A DNA stretch of 45,331 nt, from assembly GCA_015233625.1 (NCBI GenBank), contig JADFXK010000003.1, positions 1 to 45,331 of the forward strand. The letters are read 5' to 3'. Below the pieces are notes generated by a model, which worked only from the letters and a program-made list of their open reading frames with translations, had not been told where the DNA came from and did not search any database. The translations under genes were made by a program, and so were the position numbers. Below are positions 35,069-45,331 of the stretch, piece after piece. Each line of letters begins with the position of its first letter. Positions within the stretch are counted from its first letter, which is position 1. The DNA comes from Deltaproteobacteria bacterium (lineage in GTDB: Bacteria > Desulfobacterota > JADFXK01).

Positions 35069-36472
35069 ATGACCCAGAACGATAACCCTTTCAAACGGAT
35101 CGAAACGGACAGCCTGGGGCCGATTGAAGTGCCGGCGGACAGGTATTGGGGCGCCCAGACGGAGCGGTCCCTGGTCCATTTTAAAATCGGCCACGACTTT
35201 ATCCCGGAAGAGGTCATCCTGGCCTTTGGTCTTCTGAAAAAAGCCGCAGCCCTGGCTAACCGCCAATTAGGTCTGCTGCCCGCAGACAAAGCGGGATTCA
35301 TCATTCAAGCGGCAGATGAGGTCATCACCGGCCGGCTGACTCATCATTTTCCGGTTCATGTCTGGCAGTCGGGAAGTGGCACCCAAACGAACATGAACGT
35401 GAACGAGGTCATCGCCAACCGGGCCATCGAACTGGCCGGAGGCGTTATGGGCCGCAAAGAACCCATCCATCCCAACGATCACGTCAACATGTCCCAATCC
35501 ACCAACGACATCTTTCCCTCAGCCATGCACCTCGCGGCCATTCAGAAGATTACCGTCGAACTGGGCCCGGCGTTGACCAGGATGCGCGCCGCGTTACACG
35601 ATAAGGCCCAAGAATTCAAGGATATCATTAAGATCGGCCGAACTCACCTCCAAGACGCCGTGCCCCTCACCCTGGGCCAGGAGTTTTCTGGATACGTGGC
35701 CATGTTGGATGCGGGTCTGGCCGGCGTTCAGGCGACATTGCCGGGCCTCTACCGGTTGGCCTTGGGTGGGACCGCCGTCGGCACCGGGTTGAATGCCCAT
35801 CCCCGGTTTGCCGAGCTAGCCATAAGGTATCTCAGTGAATTAACCGGATGGCCGATTGTGGCCGCGCCAAATAAATTCGCGGCCTTGGCCTCCCATGAAG
35901 CCATAGTTGCGGCCAGTGGAGTGCTGCGAACATTGGCTGGTTCTCTCATGAAAATAGCTAATGACATGCGCTGGATGGGTTCAGGACCTCGGTGCGGGTT
36001 AGGCGAGTTGCTGCTTCCGGCCAATGAACCAGGCTCATCTATCATGCCGGGCAAAGTCAACCCTACCCAGTGTGAAGTCATGACCATGGTGGCGGTGCAG
36101 GTGATGGGATACGATACGGCCATCGCCCTGGCCGGGTCGCAAGGAAATTTTGAATTAAACGTGTTTAAGCCGCTGATGATCTTCAACCTTATTCAATCGC
36201 TCAGACTGCTCTCGGATGCCTCCAACTCTTTCACTGAGCATCTGATTTTGGGGATAAAGCCAAACATACAGCGCCTCAACCTATTCGTCGAGCAATCTCT
36301 CATGTTGGTCACCGCCTTGACCCCGGCCATCGGTTACGATCACGCGGCCCAGGTGGCTCAGGTCGCCCTGGAACGAGGAATCACCTTAAAGGAAGCCTGT
36401 TTGTCTTTAGGCTTTCTGGCGGGCGAAGAATTTGATGCTCTTATGCAATTAGAGAAGATGGTCCATCCATAG
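35069..36472 (+). CDS. fumC: Class II fumarate hydratase
   Basis: Lyase-1 signature [15 protein letters not shown]. The N-terminus ([20 protein letters not shown]) is typical of FumC. Confidence 0.95.
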   Translation: MTQNDNPFKRIETDSLGPIEVPADRYWGAQTERSLVHFKIGHDFIPEEVILAFGLLKKAAALANRQLGLLPADKAGFIIQAADEVITGRLTHHFPVHVWQSGSGTQTNMNVNEVIANRAIELAGGVMGRKEPIHPNDHVNMSQSTNDIFPSAMHLAAIQKITVELGPALTRMRAALHDKAQEFKDIIKIGRTHLQDAVPLTLGQEFSGYVAMLDAGLAGVQATLPGLYRLALGGTAVGTGLNAHPRFAELAIRYLSELTGWPIVAAPNKFAALASHEAIVAASGVLRTLAGSLMKIANDMRWMGSGPRCGLGELLLPANEPGSSIMPGKVNPTQCEVMTMVAVQVMGYDTAIALAGSQGNFELNVFKPLMIFNLIQSLRLLSDASNSFTEHLILGIKPNIQRLNLFVEQSLMLVTALTPAIGYDHAAQVAQVALERGITLKEACLSLGFLAGEEFDALMQLEKMVHP

Positions 36473-36479
36473 GTCAAGA

Positions 36480-37244
36480 TTAAAACCAGCCCATCAATTT
36501 GTAGTAGGCCAGGGCCAGATATTCGTGAATCGCCCTGGTGGAGCTACGCAGCACGCCGGGACTGGGCAGGAACCCGGCCGGAGTCAGGGGCTCCTGGATG
36601 AGATAATCCGTTTGCATGGGCACGACGTCCACCCCCAAGGTCCGGAACAGTTGATACGCCCGGGGCATGTGGCTGGCTGAAGTGACCAGAATGAGATGTT
36701 TGAACCCTTTTTCCCGTAAAAATGCCTTAATCTGGTCAATATGCTCGTTGGTCGTGCGAGACTGGTTTTCCTCCAATATAGCCGCGGCCGGGATGCCAAT
36801 CTTAACCAGCAAGGTTTTCATTTCCAAGGCTTCCTGCCGGTTGATCCGGAAAGGATCTCCTGACCCGCCCATGACCAGAATCCGAGGCGCCGCGGCCAAC
36901 CTAAAAAGATAAGCCGCCAACAAAATACGGCCGCCGCTTTGGGATAATTCCGGGATCGGGCTGAGATGGTACTGGGGTCTGGTGCCCCCACCCAGAAGCA
37001 CGATGACGTCACCTTTGACCGTCTGGGCCGGCGGGCTGGTGATCATGGTTTCCAGAGGATAAAGCAAACCGTTGGCCACGGGTTCCGTACTTAAGGCATA
37101 GAGCAGGACCAGGCATAAGGCTCCTAACCGGACGCCGCCGTTTTTTCGTCGGGTCGTGATCAGGATCAGACTTATGGCCAACAGCCAGGTGATGAGGGCC
37201 AGTGGTTGCATGGCGCCATAGACAAACTTTATCAGCTTAAACAT
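36480..37244 (-). CDS. YdcF/ElyC-family (DUF218) protein
   Basis: N-terminal TM helices, then a DUF218-like core (VIVLLGGG..., ILVMGG..., LILVTSASHMPRA). Confidence 0.75.
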   Translation of the reverse strand: MFKLIKFVYGAMQPLALITWLLAISLILITTRRKNGGVRLGALCLVLLYALSTEPVANGLLYPLETMITSPPAQTVKGDVIVLLGGGTRPQYHLSPIPELSQSGGRILLAAYLFRLAAAPRILVMGGSGDPFRINRQEALEMKTLLVKIGIPAAAILEENQSRTTNEHIDQIKAFLREKGFKHLILVTSASHMPRAYQLFRTLGVDVVPMQTDYLIQEPLTPAGFLPSPGVLRSSTRAIHEYLALAYYKLMGWF

Positions 37245-38936
37245 TTTGAGACCATCTTTGTTTGTTCACCCGGCCAACGTCGTCCGGCGAGGATATTGTT
37301 GAACGCGACACCACATTTCAGCTCAACCCATGATTCGTTATGGATCAAATTTGTCCGGGCCTGTCCCCAGGTCTTGTTGGTGGCGGCTGTGGCCATTTAC
37401 CCATTGCCGAACCTGAATCCGCCCCCTGTCCCCAGTCAACCTGGATCGCTCCTTCTGCTGGCCGCGTCGGTCCTGCTCGGCCTGATATGGCTTGGAGATG
37501 ATCGCCCGAGGCCGGCCCGACTCCGGACTCCGCTGGGTCTGATGACCACTTTATTTCTTTTGATCACCTTGTGTTATCATATTGTGACCATCTGCCAGGT
37601 CTGGTCCGGTCCCGGTGGTATGGGGCAGGTGCGACCTATTGTCATCTCCTGGCTGTTGCTCGTCACCGGGGCCGGGCTGTATTATTTCTCGGTGTTGATC
37701 ATCGATTCCCCGGCCACGATGAAATGGGTCGTGGCGGCCATGGCCGCGGGTCTATTTTTTTACTGTATCTATGTGGCCGGATTCACCTGGTCCATTTTGG
37801 GCAGTCCCCAGGTCCGGACGGTTTTGGATATCAAAGAGGCTTTTAACGTGCCGGCCGGCAGATTTCATCGGATTCTTTTGGAATCGGCGGGTAACGTGAA
37901 TACCATTGATGCCATCGTGGCCATGATCACGGCCGGCGTTTTGGGTTATTTGACCTTCAATGGACCAAAACCTGTTGTTGCCGCCATATTATTTCTGTTG
38001 GGGGGGGGGACCTGCCTGGTTCTGGGATCCCGGGCGGCTATTTTTTCCTTGCTATTAGTCATCCTGATCATTACAGGATTGGTTCTGACGGCCGGGTCCC
38101 GCGCCATCAAAAAAAAATATCTGGTTATTCTCCTGACTGTCACTCTTCTGGCCGGTTTTTTGCTCCTTCCAACCAAGTACAATATCTTTAAGGCCATCGA
38201 CAAATACAAGGGCCCGGCGGAGTCGGTCCGGCAGAATGACCGTCTTTTTCTCTGGCGACTCTACCTGAAGCTCTACTTAGAAAACCCTTTAGGTTACGGT
38301 TTTGGAAGGAATTATTACAAATCCGGGTGGTTGAACAAATATGATTTATCCGGATATGAACACCGTACTGCGCCCTTGCTCTCACCCCATAATACCTTCT
38401 TAAGCCTTTTGTTGGACGGGGGCATCCTGTCGGTCGCCGCATTCATGGCCGTGTTTGGACTCACCTGGAAAAATGCCTATCGGGTGTTCCGAAGGACACC
38501 CCACCGGCTCGACCGCAGCCTGGCCGCGGCAATCCTGGCCGGCACATCTTCCGGGCTGGTGTCACTCTGTTTTGGCAGCCACCACATCTACCCCAGCTTC
38601 TCCGGTTACATGTGGCTGATGGCCGGATTGTCGGACATCCTGGCCAGGTGGGATAGACAGACTGCTCTCGTCAGCTTCGATCCAGGCGGGGCGAGGCGGC
38701 TTAACCCGCCTGATCACGATGGCCGAGATGAGCATGAACAGGCCCAGGTAACCAAAGACGATTCGAAACCCATTCTGGCTCACGTCCAGGATGAACCCGC
38801 CCAACCAGGGCCCCAGCGGACCAGCCAGAAGACCGTAAGCCGTAAAGGCCAGGCCAAAAATCGCCCCAAAATGCCTCATGCCAAAACACTCCACCGCCAA
38901 CGGGGCCGAGACGGCAAACAAAGCCCCAAAGGCTAA
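37206..38936 (+). CDS. O-antigen ligase/polymerase family (Wzy_C) membrane protein; start and functional C-terminus uncertain
   Basis: Multiple TM helices and a Wzy_C-like loop (YGFGRNYY...SPHNTFLSLLLDGGILS). The TTG start at 37206 overlaps the divergent ydcF-like gene. The last ~90 codons are low-complexity and antisense to the MFS gene. Confidence 0.65.
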   Translation: MHGAIDKLYQLKHFETIFVCSPGQRRPARILLNATPHFSSTHDSLWIKFVRACPQVLLVAAVAIYPLPNLNPPPVPSQPGSLLLLAASVLLGLIWLGDDRPRPARLRTPLGLMTTLFLLITLCYHIVTICQVWSGPGGMGQVRPIVISWLLLVTGAGLYYFSVLIIDSPATMKWVVAAMAAGLFFYCIYVAGFTWSILGSPQVRTVLDIKEAFNVPAGRFHRILLESAGNVNTIDAIVAMITAGVLGYLTFNGPKPVVAAILFLLGGGTCLVLGSRAAIFSLLLVILIITGLVLTAGSRAIKKKYLVILLTVTLLAGFLLLPTKYNIFKAIDKYKGPAESVRQNDRLFLWRLYLKLYLENPLGYGFGRNYYKSGWLNKYDLSGYEHRTAPLLSPHNTFLSLLLDGGILSVAAFMAVFGLTWKNAYRVFRRTPHRLDRSLAAAILAGTSSGLVSLCFGSHHIYPSFSGYMWLMAGLSDILARWDRQTALVSFDPGGARRLNPPDHDGRDEHEQAQVTKDDSKPILAHVQDEPAQPGPQRTSQKTVSRKGQAKNRPKMPHAKTLHRQRGRDGKQSPKG

Positions 38937-39902
38937 CCCAACCGCCCCGGCCAGGAACACCCAAACGATCAGACCCGTCACGTACGGCAGGACCAGGTAA
39001 GCCACCCCGGCCAGAAGAAAAGACAGGCACATGGTCAGGCTTCTCCCGATCACATCCGACAGGAATCCGGCGATCAACCGACTAACGGCGCTGGTTAAGT
39101 TAAATGAGATAAGAATCAATACTGCTGTCTGAGGCGTTAAACCCCGGGATAGGCCGAAGGCTGTGGATAGAGTCACCATGGCGATGCCGGCGGCCCCGGC
39201 CAGACCGAAGACCAGCCACAACCACCAGAAATTGGCCGTTTGGACGCTCTCGCTCAGGGTCATGGACACTCCCGGCTCCAGCGTGACTCCGGGCCTGGTT
39301 GCCGGCACCACTGCCGGACTTTGTTGCGGAGACCGGAGGAAGCGGGCCGCGATCACCCCTGAAATCAGAGCGACCAGACCCAATATCAAGGTCATGTTCC
39401 GATACCCCAGGCTACCCAATAACCAGACGAACACCGGCGACATAATGGCGGCCGACAGGGCAAAAACCATATTCACCAGTCCCGAGACCAGACCCCGACG
39501 ATGGGGGAACCATCTCTGGACCACAGTTAAGGCCGGGATGTACACGAACGACGATGACGCCCCAGTGAGGAAGGCCCACAGATAGACCTGCTTAATCCCC
39601 GTGGCGCGGCTGACCATAATGGCACTGATACCGCATAGAATCGCCCCCAGCGCGGCCATCCCCGGCGCCCCGATTCGTTCCTGCCAGCGACCGGTCAAAA
39701 ACATAAACAGCCCTACCGCGGCCAGGACATAAAATAGGGTCAAACCCACTGCGGCCTGGCCGACGCCGAATGCCGCCTGCCAGTGCGATCCCATGACCCC
39801 CGGGAAGCCGAAGATAAAGGCGCCCGGCCAAAATATGGCCACACACGCGGCAGCCAACGCGGGCCATTTGGGGTGGTCTCCAGTCATTATTGTCCTTTCC
39901 AT
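38562..39902 (-). CDS. MFS transporter (oxalate/formate antiporter-like)
   Basis: About 12 predicted TM helices with MFS-like loop motifs. It starts 3 nt after the stop of the upstream co-oriented histidine kinase. Confidence 0.8.
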   Translation of the reverse strand: MERTIMTGDHPKWPALAAACVAIFWPGAFIFGFPGVMGSHWQAAFGVGQAAVGLTLFYVLAAVGLFMFLTGRWQERIGAPGMAALGAILCGISAIMVSRATGIKQVYLWAFLTGASSSFVYIPALTVVQRWFPHRRGLVSGLVNMVFALSAAIMSPVFVWLLGSLGYRNMTLILGLVALISGVIAARFLRSPQQSPAVVPATRPGVTLEPGVSMTLSESVQTANFWWLWLVFGLAGAAGIAMVTLSTAFGLSRGLTPQTAVLILISFNLTSAVSRLIAGFLSDVIGRSLTMCLSFLLAGVAYLVLPYVTGLIVWVFLAGAVGLAFGALFAVSAPLAVECFGMRHFGAIFGLAFTAYGLLAGPLGPWLGGFILDVSQNGFRIVFGYLGLFMLISAIVIRRVKPPRPAWIEADESSLSIPPGQDVRQSGHQPHVTGEAGVDVVAAKTE

Positions 39903-39905
39903 AGA

Positions 39906-42260
39906 CTAGTCCAGGGTAGGCAAGTAGATGACGAACTTGACCCCGGCTCCGGGTGAGTTCTCCACATCTACCCGGCCTTTATGGCGGGTGATGACTTTGT
40001 GGACTATCGACAGACCTAGCCCGGTACCATAGTCTTTGGTCGTGAAAAACGGATTGAAAATGTTGTGAATTTGTTCCGGGGCAATCCCGCCGCCGGTATC
40101 GGCTATCTCGCAAACGGCAAAATTCCGATCACCTTCTCTGACCTGATCCAGCTTTATCCTTAGCTCTCCGCCGTCCTTCATGGCCTGGCAGGCATTAATC
40201 AAGATGTTGTATATCGCATACCTGATCTGCCCATAATCGCAAAGGGATTGGGAAACGTCCTGTTTCTGATACAGGAGCGTGACGCCGCTGTTCTCCAAAT
40301 CTTTTTTCGCCAGCTTTAGGGCATCGTCTAAGATCAGGCCTAAATCACAGGCACTAAACTGGATATCGCTATCCAGCGAAAAATCGAGAATACTCTTAAG
40401 AGTCTTTTCCAGTCGCTCCACCTCATCGACCATCATGTCCAGGTGGATTTTGAAAGGAGAATCTTGGCCGATATGTTGATGAATCCGCCGGGTAAACCCA
40501 CCCAAGGCCGTCAAGGGGTTCCTGATTTCATGGGCCATGCCGGCAGCCATTTCGCCCAGCGCCGTCATTTTCTCTGATTCCAGCAGCCTGGTTCGGGTCT
40601 TGCGCAGCTCCAGGTTGGCTTCTCTAATAAACCGGTACAGCCTGGCGTTTTCTAAGGCCAGCCCGGCCTGGTCGGCCAGCATGCTCAGGGTCTTGAAGCT
40701 TTCATCCAACCCTTCCCGGTCAGTGCAGTCCAATCTCTCGGCGATAATGACACCCAAGACTTTGTCACTGGTCATCAAAGGCACCGCGGCCAACGCGCCA
40801 CTTTTAAAAACGGCTTTGACATTTTCGGGGACCCTGGAACTCCGGGTGACATGCTTGATGAGAACTCCTTTTCGGGACAAGACCATCTCGGTCAAGATGT
40901 TTTGAGCCTCGGTCAAAGGCACGATCAATTCCTTGACTTGTTGATCAAACTGAGGTGAATTTGGTGGCTTGGTGCTAAATAACCGGATGCCGGTCAACAC
41001 CTTTTCTCCATCCTGAGCCATGACCGGCTCCTTCGGGCGGGTCATTCCCCGGACGCCCTTCAGACGTTGCCCCGCTTCCTCCAAAAACAAGACCATGGCC
41101 CGGTCAAATCTTGGTTCTTCCAACTGGGTTAATGACATGAGCAGAACGTCTAAGATCGGCTCTTCGTCGAGCCGGGTCATGTAGGCTTGTCCGGTTTGAT
41201 AGAGGCTGGACAGGTGCCTGACCATGATTTCGTTCTTGCGGGCCAGGTCCTCAATCAGGCGGTGGTTAATGGCGTTTTCCATGGCGGGTGAGACGAAATT
41301 GGCCAACATAGCCAGGATGTTGGCATCATATTTGGTAAAACAAAGAAGCGACGGTTCGGTCGAATCGGCGCTCTTTGCCGCCAAGATGACGCCGGCATAA
41401 TCGCTCTTGAATGACAAAAGGGCATAGAGCATGGGGGTGAGGAAAACTTCGTTATCCGAAGGCACGGTCTCCAGCTCTTTGGTAATGGGTGATGACGACT
41501 GATTGGCGCAGATCATATCAGGAGCCGGAATGGCCGTGGCCGGGTCGAATACTTTAAACGCGGGGGGGACAGTACCGGATTTGGACCGCACCACCAGGTC
41601 TTGCGAATGTTTGTGCCTGATGTCCAACTGACACCCAGTCGCCCCAATCACCCGGCTGATAATGGTGACGATCTTTTTGGCCAGGTCCTTTGGTTCCAGG
41701 GTAGACGACATGACCTTAGCTATTTCGGAAATAATGGATAATTCGGTGATGCTGTTCTCAGCCTCTCTTTTTAGCCGAGAGGCCCACACCGTTCCCGCCG
41801 TGGCCCGGCAAATAGGAATTAGCAACTGGAATATATCGTTGTCGAATTCGGTAAAGCTATTGCTGAGAAGGCAGAGTACCCCATAGAGGAAACTATCGTC
41901 GGCTACCGGAACGGCGGCCAGGGTGTTATATCCTTCAAAAAGCTGGTGGCCGGCCAGATGCCGCTTGCCATTTAGTTGGATGGAGATGGGTTTACGGGTA
42001 GTGGCTACCCGATCGAGGATGTCCAGGCGCTGGTCACCAGAGACGCCGGTCAGGGCCTGGAGTCCGATGTTACTGGAGGCTTTCAACACCAGTCTTTTGC
42101 TGACCGGATCCAGGGTGAATAATAAGACCGAATCTATGTTCAGCTTTTTGGCCAACAACTGAACAATTCGCTCCAGCCTGCGGTCGAGTTTGATCGTAGA
42201 ACTGGTTATGTCTATGATCTTTTTTAACAGGTCAAATTTATCATGGGCAAATTCACTCAC
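39906..42260 (-). CDS. Multi-GAF sensor histidine kinase
   Basis: H-box MAHEIRNPLTALGGF, N-box NILINACQAM, and G-boxes DTGGGI and GTGLGLSIV. The N-terminal ~550 aa is made of GAF-like modules. No TM segments are obvious. Confidence 0.9.
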   Translation of the reverse strand: MSEFAHDKFDLLKKIIDITSSTIKLDRRLERIVQLLAKKLNIDSVLLFTLDPVSKRLVLKASSNIGLQALTGVSGDQRLDILDRVATTRKPISIQLNGKRHLAGHQLFEGYNTLAAVPVADDSFLYGVLCLLSNSFTEFDNDIFQLLIPICRATAGTVWASRLKREAENSITELSIISEIAKVMSSTLEPKDLAKKIVTIISRVIGATGCQLDIRHKHSQDLVVRSKSGTVPPAFKVFDPATAIPAPDMICANQSSSPITKELETVPSDNEVFLTPMLYALLSFKSDYAGVILAAKSADSTEPSLLCFTKYDANILAMLANFVSPAMENAINHRLIEDLARKNEIMVRHLSSLYQTGQAYMTRLDEEPILDVLLMSLTQLEEPRFDRAMVLFLEEAGQRLKGVRGMTRPKEPVMAQDGEKVLTGIRLFSTKPPNSPQFDQQVKELIVPLTEAQNILTEMVLSRKGVLIKHVTRSSRVPENVKAVFKSGALAAVPLMTSDKVLGVIIAERLDCTDREGLDESFKTLSMLADQAGLALENARLYRFIREANLELRKTRTRLLESEKMTALGEMAAGMAHEIRNPLTALGGFTRRIHQHIGQDSPFKIHLDMMVDEVERLEKTLKSILDFSLDSDIQFSACDLGLILDDALKLAKKDLENSGVTLLYQKQDVSQSLCDYGQIRYAIYNILINACQAMKDGGELRIKLDQVREGDRNFAVCEIADTGGGIAPEQIHNIFNPFFTTKDYGTGLGLSIVHKVITRHKGRVDVENSPGAGVKFVIYLPTLD

Positions 42261-42509
42261 GGCTTTTTATCTCTCCAGCCGGATTTCGGGTCAGACATGG
42301 CCCGGCCATAACCGGCGCTATATGCGTGCCTGGGTGAGGTTCCAAGATCATCAATCTCACTAAAACGGCCATGACTTCGGCCAAGCATTAGCCGCGGTCT
42401 GAGCCTTTTTTTTTCAACTTGACATTCTACTATAAAAATAACAGGGGAACAAGGTTTCTTCTTATCTGCCCAGATAAGTAACCAGGATTGCTACATCGGT
42501 CATAGTCCG

Positions 42510-42565
42510 CAACCAACTGGAGGCAACCAGTAACCAGCAACCAGCACCGGGTACCCCGCAACGAT
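42510..42565 (+). repeat. Heptanucleotide array of ~8 units (family A)
   Basis: caaccaa ctggagg CAACCAG TAACCAG CAACCAG caccggg taccccg caacgat. Confidence 0.8.
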
Positions 42566-42688
42566 AAATAATATCTAATAAATTCACGGTAATAATGGCA
42601 TGACTCGATCAAACTGAACCAGTGCCCTTGAAATTGTGTTCAAGATGAATTAGATTAGCCGCCATCATTTAGGAAAAAAGGAGAGGTC

Positions 42689-43498
42689 ATGAGCAGAAAA
42701 ATAGGGTTTATCGGCGCGGGCAACATGGGTGGCGCATTGATTAAAGGGCTGGTCACCAGTCGCAAGGTTACCCCGGACCAGATTACGGCTGCGGATGCTT
42801 CCGAATCCCGGCTGAAGAGTCTGTCTCAGGAGTTTGGGATTGTGACGACAAAGGATAACCTGGCCCTGGTTCAAACCAGCGAGGTGATCGTTCTAGCGGT
42901 GAAACCCGGGGTGGTCAAACCGGTTTTGCTTGACATCAGGGCTGAAATTCCCAAAGGCAAATTGGTCATCTCGGTGGCCGCCGTCATCACCATTAATTTT
43001 ATTTCGAGCTTACTGGACAAGGACGTCAGGATCATTCGAGCCATGCCCAATATCCCGGCCCTGATTCAAGCTGGGGCAGTCGGGTTGTCCATCGGGCCTC
43101 AGGTTCCTCCAGAAGATGTGGACCTGGCCAAGATGTTGTTTAGTTCGGTCGGGTTAGCGGTGGTGGTCGGCGAATCGATGATGGACGCCGTAACCGGTCT
43201 CAGCGGGAGTGGGCCGGGTTACGTTTTTCTCATTATCGAGGCCCTGACGGATGCGGGGGTCAAGATGGGCTTAACCCGGGCCGATGCTCAGGTTTTGGCC
43301 TGTCAGACTGTGTATGGGGCGGCGAAACTGATGCTGGAAACGGGAGAGCATCCGGCTAAGCTGAAGGACATGGTCACCTCCCCGGGAGGTACCACTATGG
43401 CTGGGTTGCATGAACTGGAGAAGAGTGGTATCCGGGGCACCATCATTAGTGCGGTTGAGGCGGCGACTCGCCGTTCCAGGGAATTAAGCCAGGGGTAG
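42689..43498 (+). CDS. proC: Pyrroline-5-carboxylate reductase
   Basis: GFIGAGNMGGALIKG Rossmann motif and C-terminal SPGGTTMAGL. SD AAGGAGAGG. Confidence 0.92.
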   Translation: MSRKIGFIGAGNMGGALIKGLVTSRKVTPDQITAADASESRLKSLSQEFGIVTTKDNLALVQTSEVIVLAVKPGVVKPVLLDIRAEIPKGKLVISVAAVITINFISSLLDKDVRIIRAMPNIPALIQAGAVGLSIGPQVPPEDVDLAKMLFSSVGLAVVVGESMMDAVTGLSGSGPGYVFLIIEALTDAGVKMGLTRADAQVLACQTVYGAAKLMLETGEHPAKLKDMVTSPGGTTMAGLHELEKSGIRGTIISAVEAATRRSRELSQG

Positions 43499-43562
43499 GT
43501 AACCAAGACTCGATCCCAAGAACGGATTAGTTGTATCAGAATAATCATTGGCGAGGCATTTG

Positions 43563-44618
43563 TTACTCAGGTGTGTGGGTGGGGGTAGGGTCATGGGCAA
43601 AGATGCCTCTATCTATGAAAATGTCCAAGAGGTCGGGGTCGAATTGGGTGCCCCGGCCTCTAACCATTTCTTCCAGGGCTTTTTCCACGGATAAGGCGCC
43701 GCGATAAGGACGGGTGCTGGTCATGGCATCGAAGGCGTCGGTAATCACTACAATGCGAGCATCTAAAGGGATTTCCAGGCCCTTGAGGCCATCGGGATAA
43801 CCTTTACCGTCAAATCGCTCATGATGGTGGCGAATGATCGGCAAGGCCGGAGCCAGGGCCCGAACAGACTTGATCATGCGATACCCGATCTTGGGGTGTT
43901 CCTTAAGATGTTCATATTCTTCGGCTGTAAGCGGCCCCGGTTTGTTCAGTACCTGGTCTTGGACTCCAATTTTGCCGGTGTCGTGAAGAAGACTTCCATA
44001 TTCTAAATATTCCAGTTGCTCTTCTGAAAACCCCACCTCTTGGGCTAGTTCCAAGGCCCAGAAGCTGACCCGGTGGCAATGGCCCCTGGTGTAGGGGTCC
44101 TTGGCTTCAATACCTTCTGACAAGGCCCGGACAGTCTCCAAGTTTGTTTCCTTGAGTCGATCCAAAACCTGCTGCAATTCCCTGGTCCGTTCCGCCACCA
44201 GCCGTTCTAAATTCTTCTGATAGTGTTTTATTTCCAGGCGCATGCGGCGTCGTTCCAAGGCCCGGTCAAGGCTAATCCCAAGTATATTCAGGTCAATCGG
44301 TTTTGACAAAAAATCGTAGGCTCCAGACTTCATGGCATCCACGGCCACCTCAATTTCGCCGTATCCGGTGAGCAAAACCACGGCCAGATCCGGGTATAGT
44401 TGCAGCGCCGACTTGAGTAACTGGATGCCGTCCATGATCGGCATACGGATATCGCTCAGGACAAGATCCACCTGATGTTGCAACAGAATATTAAGAGCCT
44501 CCTGGCCATTAACGGCCGACAGACAGGTGAATCCCTTTTTGTTTATCCATTTTATTATAAGATTCCGGACATTCGGATCATCATCGACTACAAGCAGAGT
44601 TTCCATTACTTGCCTCAC
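43563..44618 (-). CDS. Response regulator with an HD-GYP output domain (c-di-GMP phosphodiesterase type)
   Basis: REC domain (LVVDDDPN, LSDIRMP, K in FLSKP). HD-GYP motifs LHDTGKI and HHERFDGKGYP. Confidence 0.9.
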   Translation of the reverse strand: MRQVMETLLVVDDDPNVRNLIIKWINKKGFTCLSAVNGQEALNILLQHQVDLVLSDIRMPIMDGIQLLKSALQLYPDLAVVLLTGYGEIEVAVDAMKSGAYDFLSKPIDLNILGISLDRALERRRMRLEIKHYQKNLERLVAERTRELQQVLDRLKETNLETVRALSEGIEAKDPYTRGHCHRVSFWALELAQEVGFSEEQLEYLEYGSLLHDTGKIGVQDQVLNKPGPLTAEEYEHLKEHPKIGYRMIKSVRALAPALPIIRHHHERFDGKGYPDGLKGLEIPLDARIVVITDAFDAMTSTRPYRGALSVEKALEEMVRGRGTQFDPDLLDIFIDRGIFAHDPTPTHTPE

Positions 44619-44683
44619 CGTTATTCATGATAGCCCTGTTTAGCGGCGCCCTCGTTTTGAAACGGCGTCATTCAGATAAATAT

Positions 44684-45331
44684 TTAATCTTTCCAACGGT
44701 CTATGAGGTAACGTTTATTTTCTTCGAAGACATCACATTCGCTTTCGATGTATTCTTCCGCCTGTTGAATGGACATGCGTTCTGTTTTCTTGGCGTATGA
44801 TAAGGTCTTGCCGTAATAAATCGGGATTAAAGAGTCCGTGATTCTTTCGTTAGTCCATATTTTGTCTTTGTAGGAGATGGCCATGTCAAAAAGTATGCGA
44901 GCCCACAGTTCGCACGGAAAATCAAAATGGTCCAGAGGGATATCGGCGACTTCCTTAAGCTTATTGAAAGTGGCTTCCGCCAAAACAACTTGCCAGGTAT
45001 CCATATATCGTTCAAAACCAAGCCGAAAAGACTGGTACAGCCTCCCCTTGTCGATTGATACGGGTGGCGGGGCCTCCACTTCACCCAGTCCGAATCCAAA
45101 TATGGCCGTGGGCCGACTCCATTTCACTTTTCTCCAATAGTCGGAGAATTTGATCATCAAATTGAAAATTGTCCCGACCGACTGGCGGAACATAGGCACC
45201 AGGTCGGCGGCCGGGTCTTTGGGCTTGTGAATCTTGGGGCGCCCCATAAAGGACTGACATATAGGAATATTATTATTAATAGCCAATGTCGTCATCCAGA
45301 TATCGGCGCCGAACTGGGCCACGGCTTCGTC
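44684..45331 (-). CDS. C-terminal part of a glycosyltransferase-like protein, truncated by the window edge
   Basis: The ORF is open to the 3' window edge. The ...FGADIWMTTLAINNN..C...GRPKIHKPKDP... pattern recalls GT-A enzymes of compatible-solute/cell-wall type, from memory only. Confidence 0.4.
   Translation of the reverse strand, partial: DEAVAQFGADIWMTTLAINNNIPICQSFMGRPKIHKPKDPAADLVPMFRQSVGTIFNLMIKFSDYWRKVKWSRPTAIFGFGLGEVEAPPPVSIDKGRLYQSFRLGFERYMDTWQVVLAEATFNKLKEVADIPLDHFDFPCELWARILFDMAISYKDKIWTNERITDSLIPIYYGKTLSYAKKTERMSIQQAEEYIESECDVFEENKRYLIDRWKD

Noticed and set aside
42385-42425. A T9 run and a TTGACA upstream of the histidine kinase as a terminator or promoter.
   Set aside because: No stable stem precedes the T-run on either strand, and there is no acceptable -10 at 16-19 nt from the TTGACA.

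Overview
This window looks like a ~55-60% GC chromosomal segment, possibly from a Desulfobacterota/deltaproteobacterium-like organism; that taxonomic guess is inference only. It is mostly housekeeping genes: clpB (5'-truncated), gdh, an htrA-type protease, suhB, a cbpA-like J-protein, dnaA, yggS, fumC and proC. It also carries envelope genes (GT2, an O-antigen-ligase-like protein, an OMP and a large TPR membrane protein) and signalling genes (a GAF histidine kinase and an HD-GYP response regulator). A 1.2-kb non-coding, partly AT-rich gap upstream of dnaA is the likely oriC. The most interesting part is an accessory stretch at ~9-14.6 kb. It holds a Fic gene broken by an amber codon, a phospholipase-C-like gene and a small coiled-coil ORF. 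It ends in a low-GC ~2.7-kb tandem duplication carrying two diverged TIR-domain proteins, each fused to a C-terminal module I cannot place; this is a candidate new NADase/defence module. Other notable points: a thioredoxin-fold gene with an in-frame TGA in a U-x-x-C motif followed by a SECIS-like hairpin (candidate selenoprotein); in-frame TAG codons in both the htrA-type and Fic genes; two dispersed intergenic repeat families (heptanucleotide AGYAACC-type arrays and CGCAGAT-type arrays); and an IS-transposase remnant. I found no tRNA, rRNA or CRISPR array.
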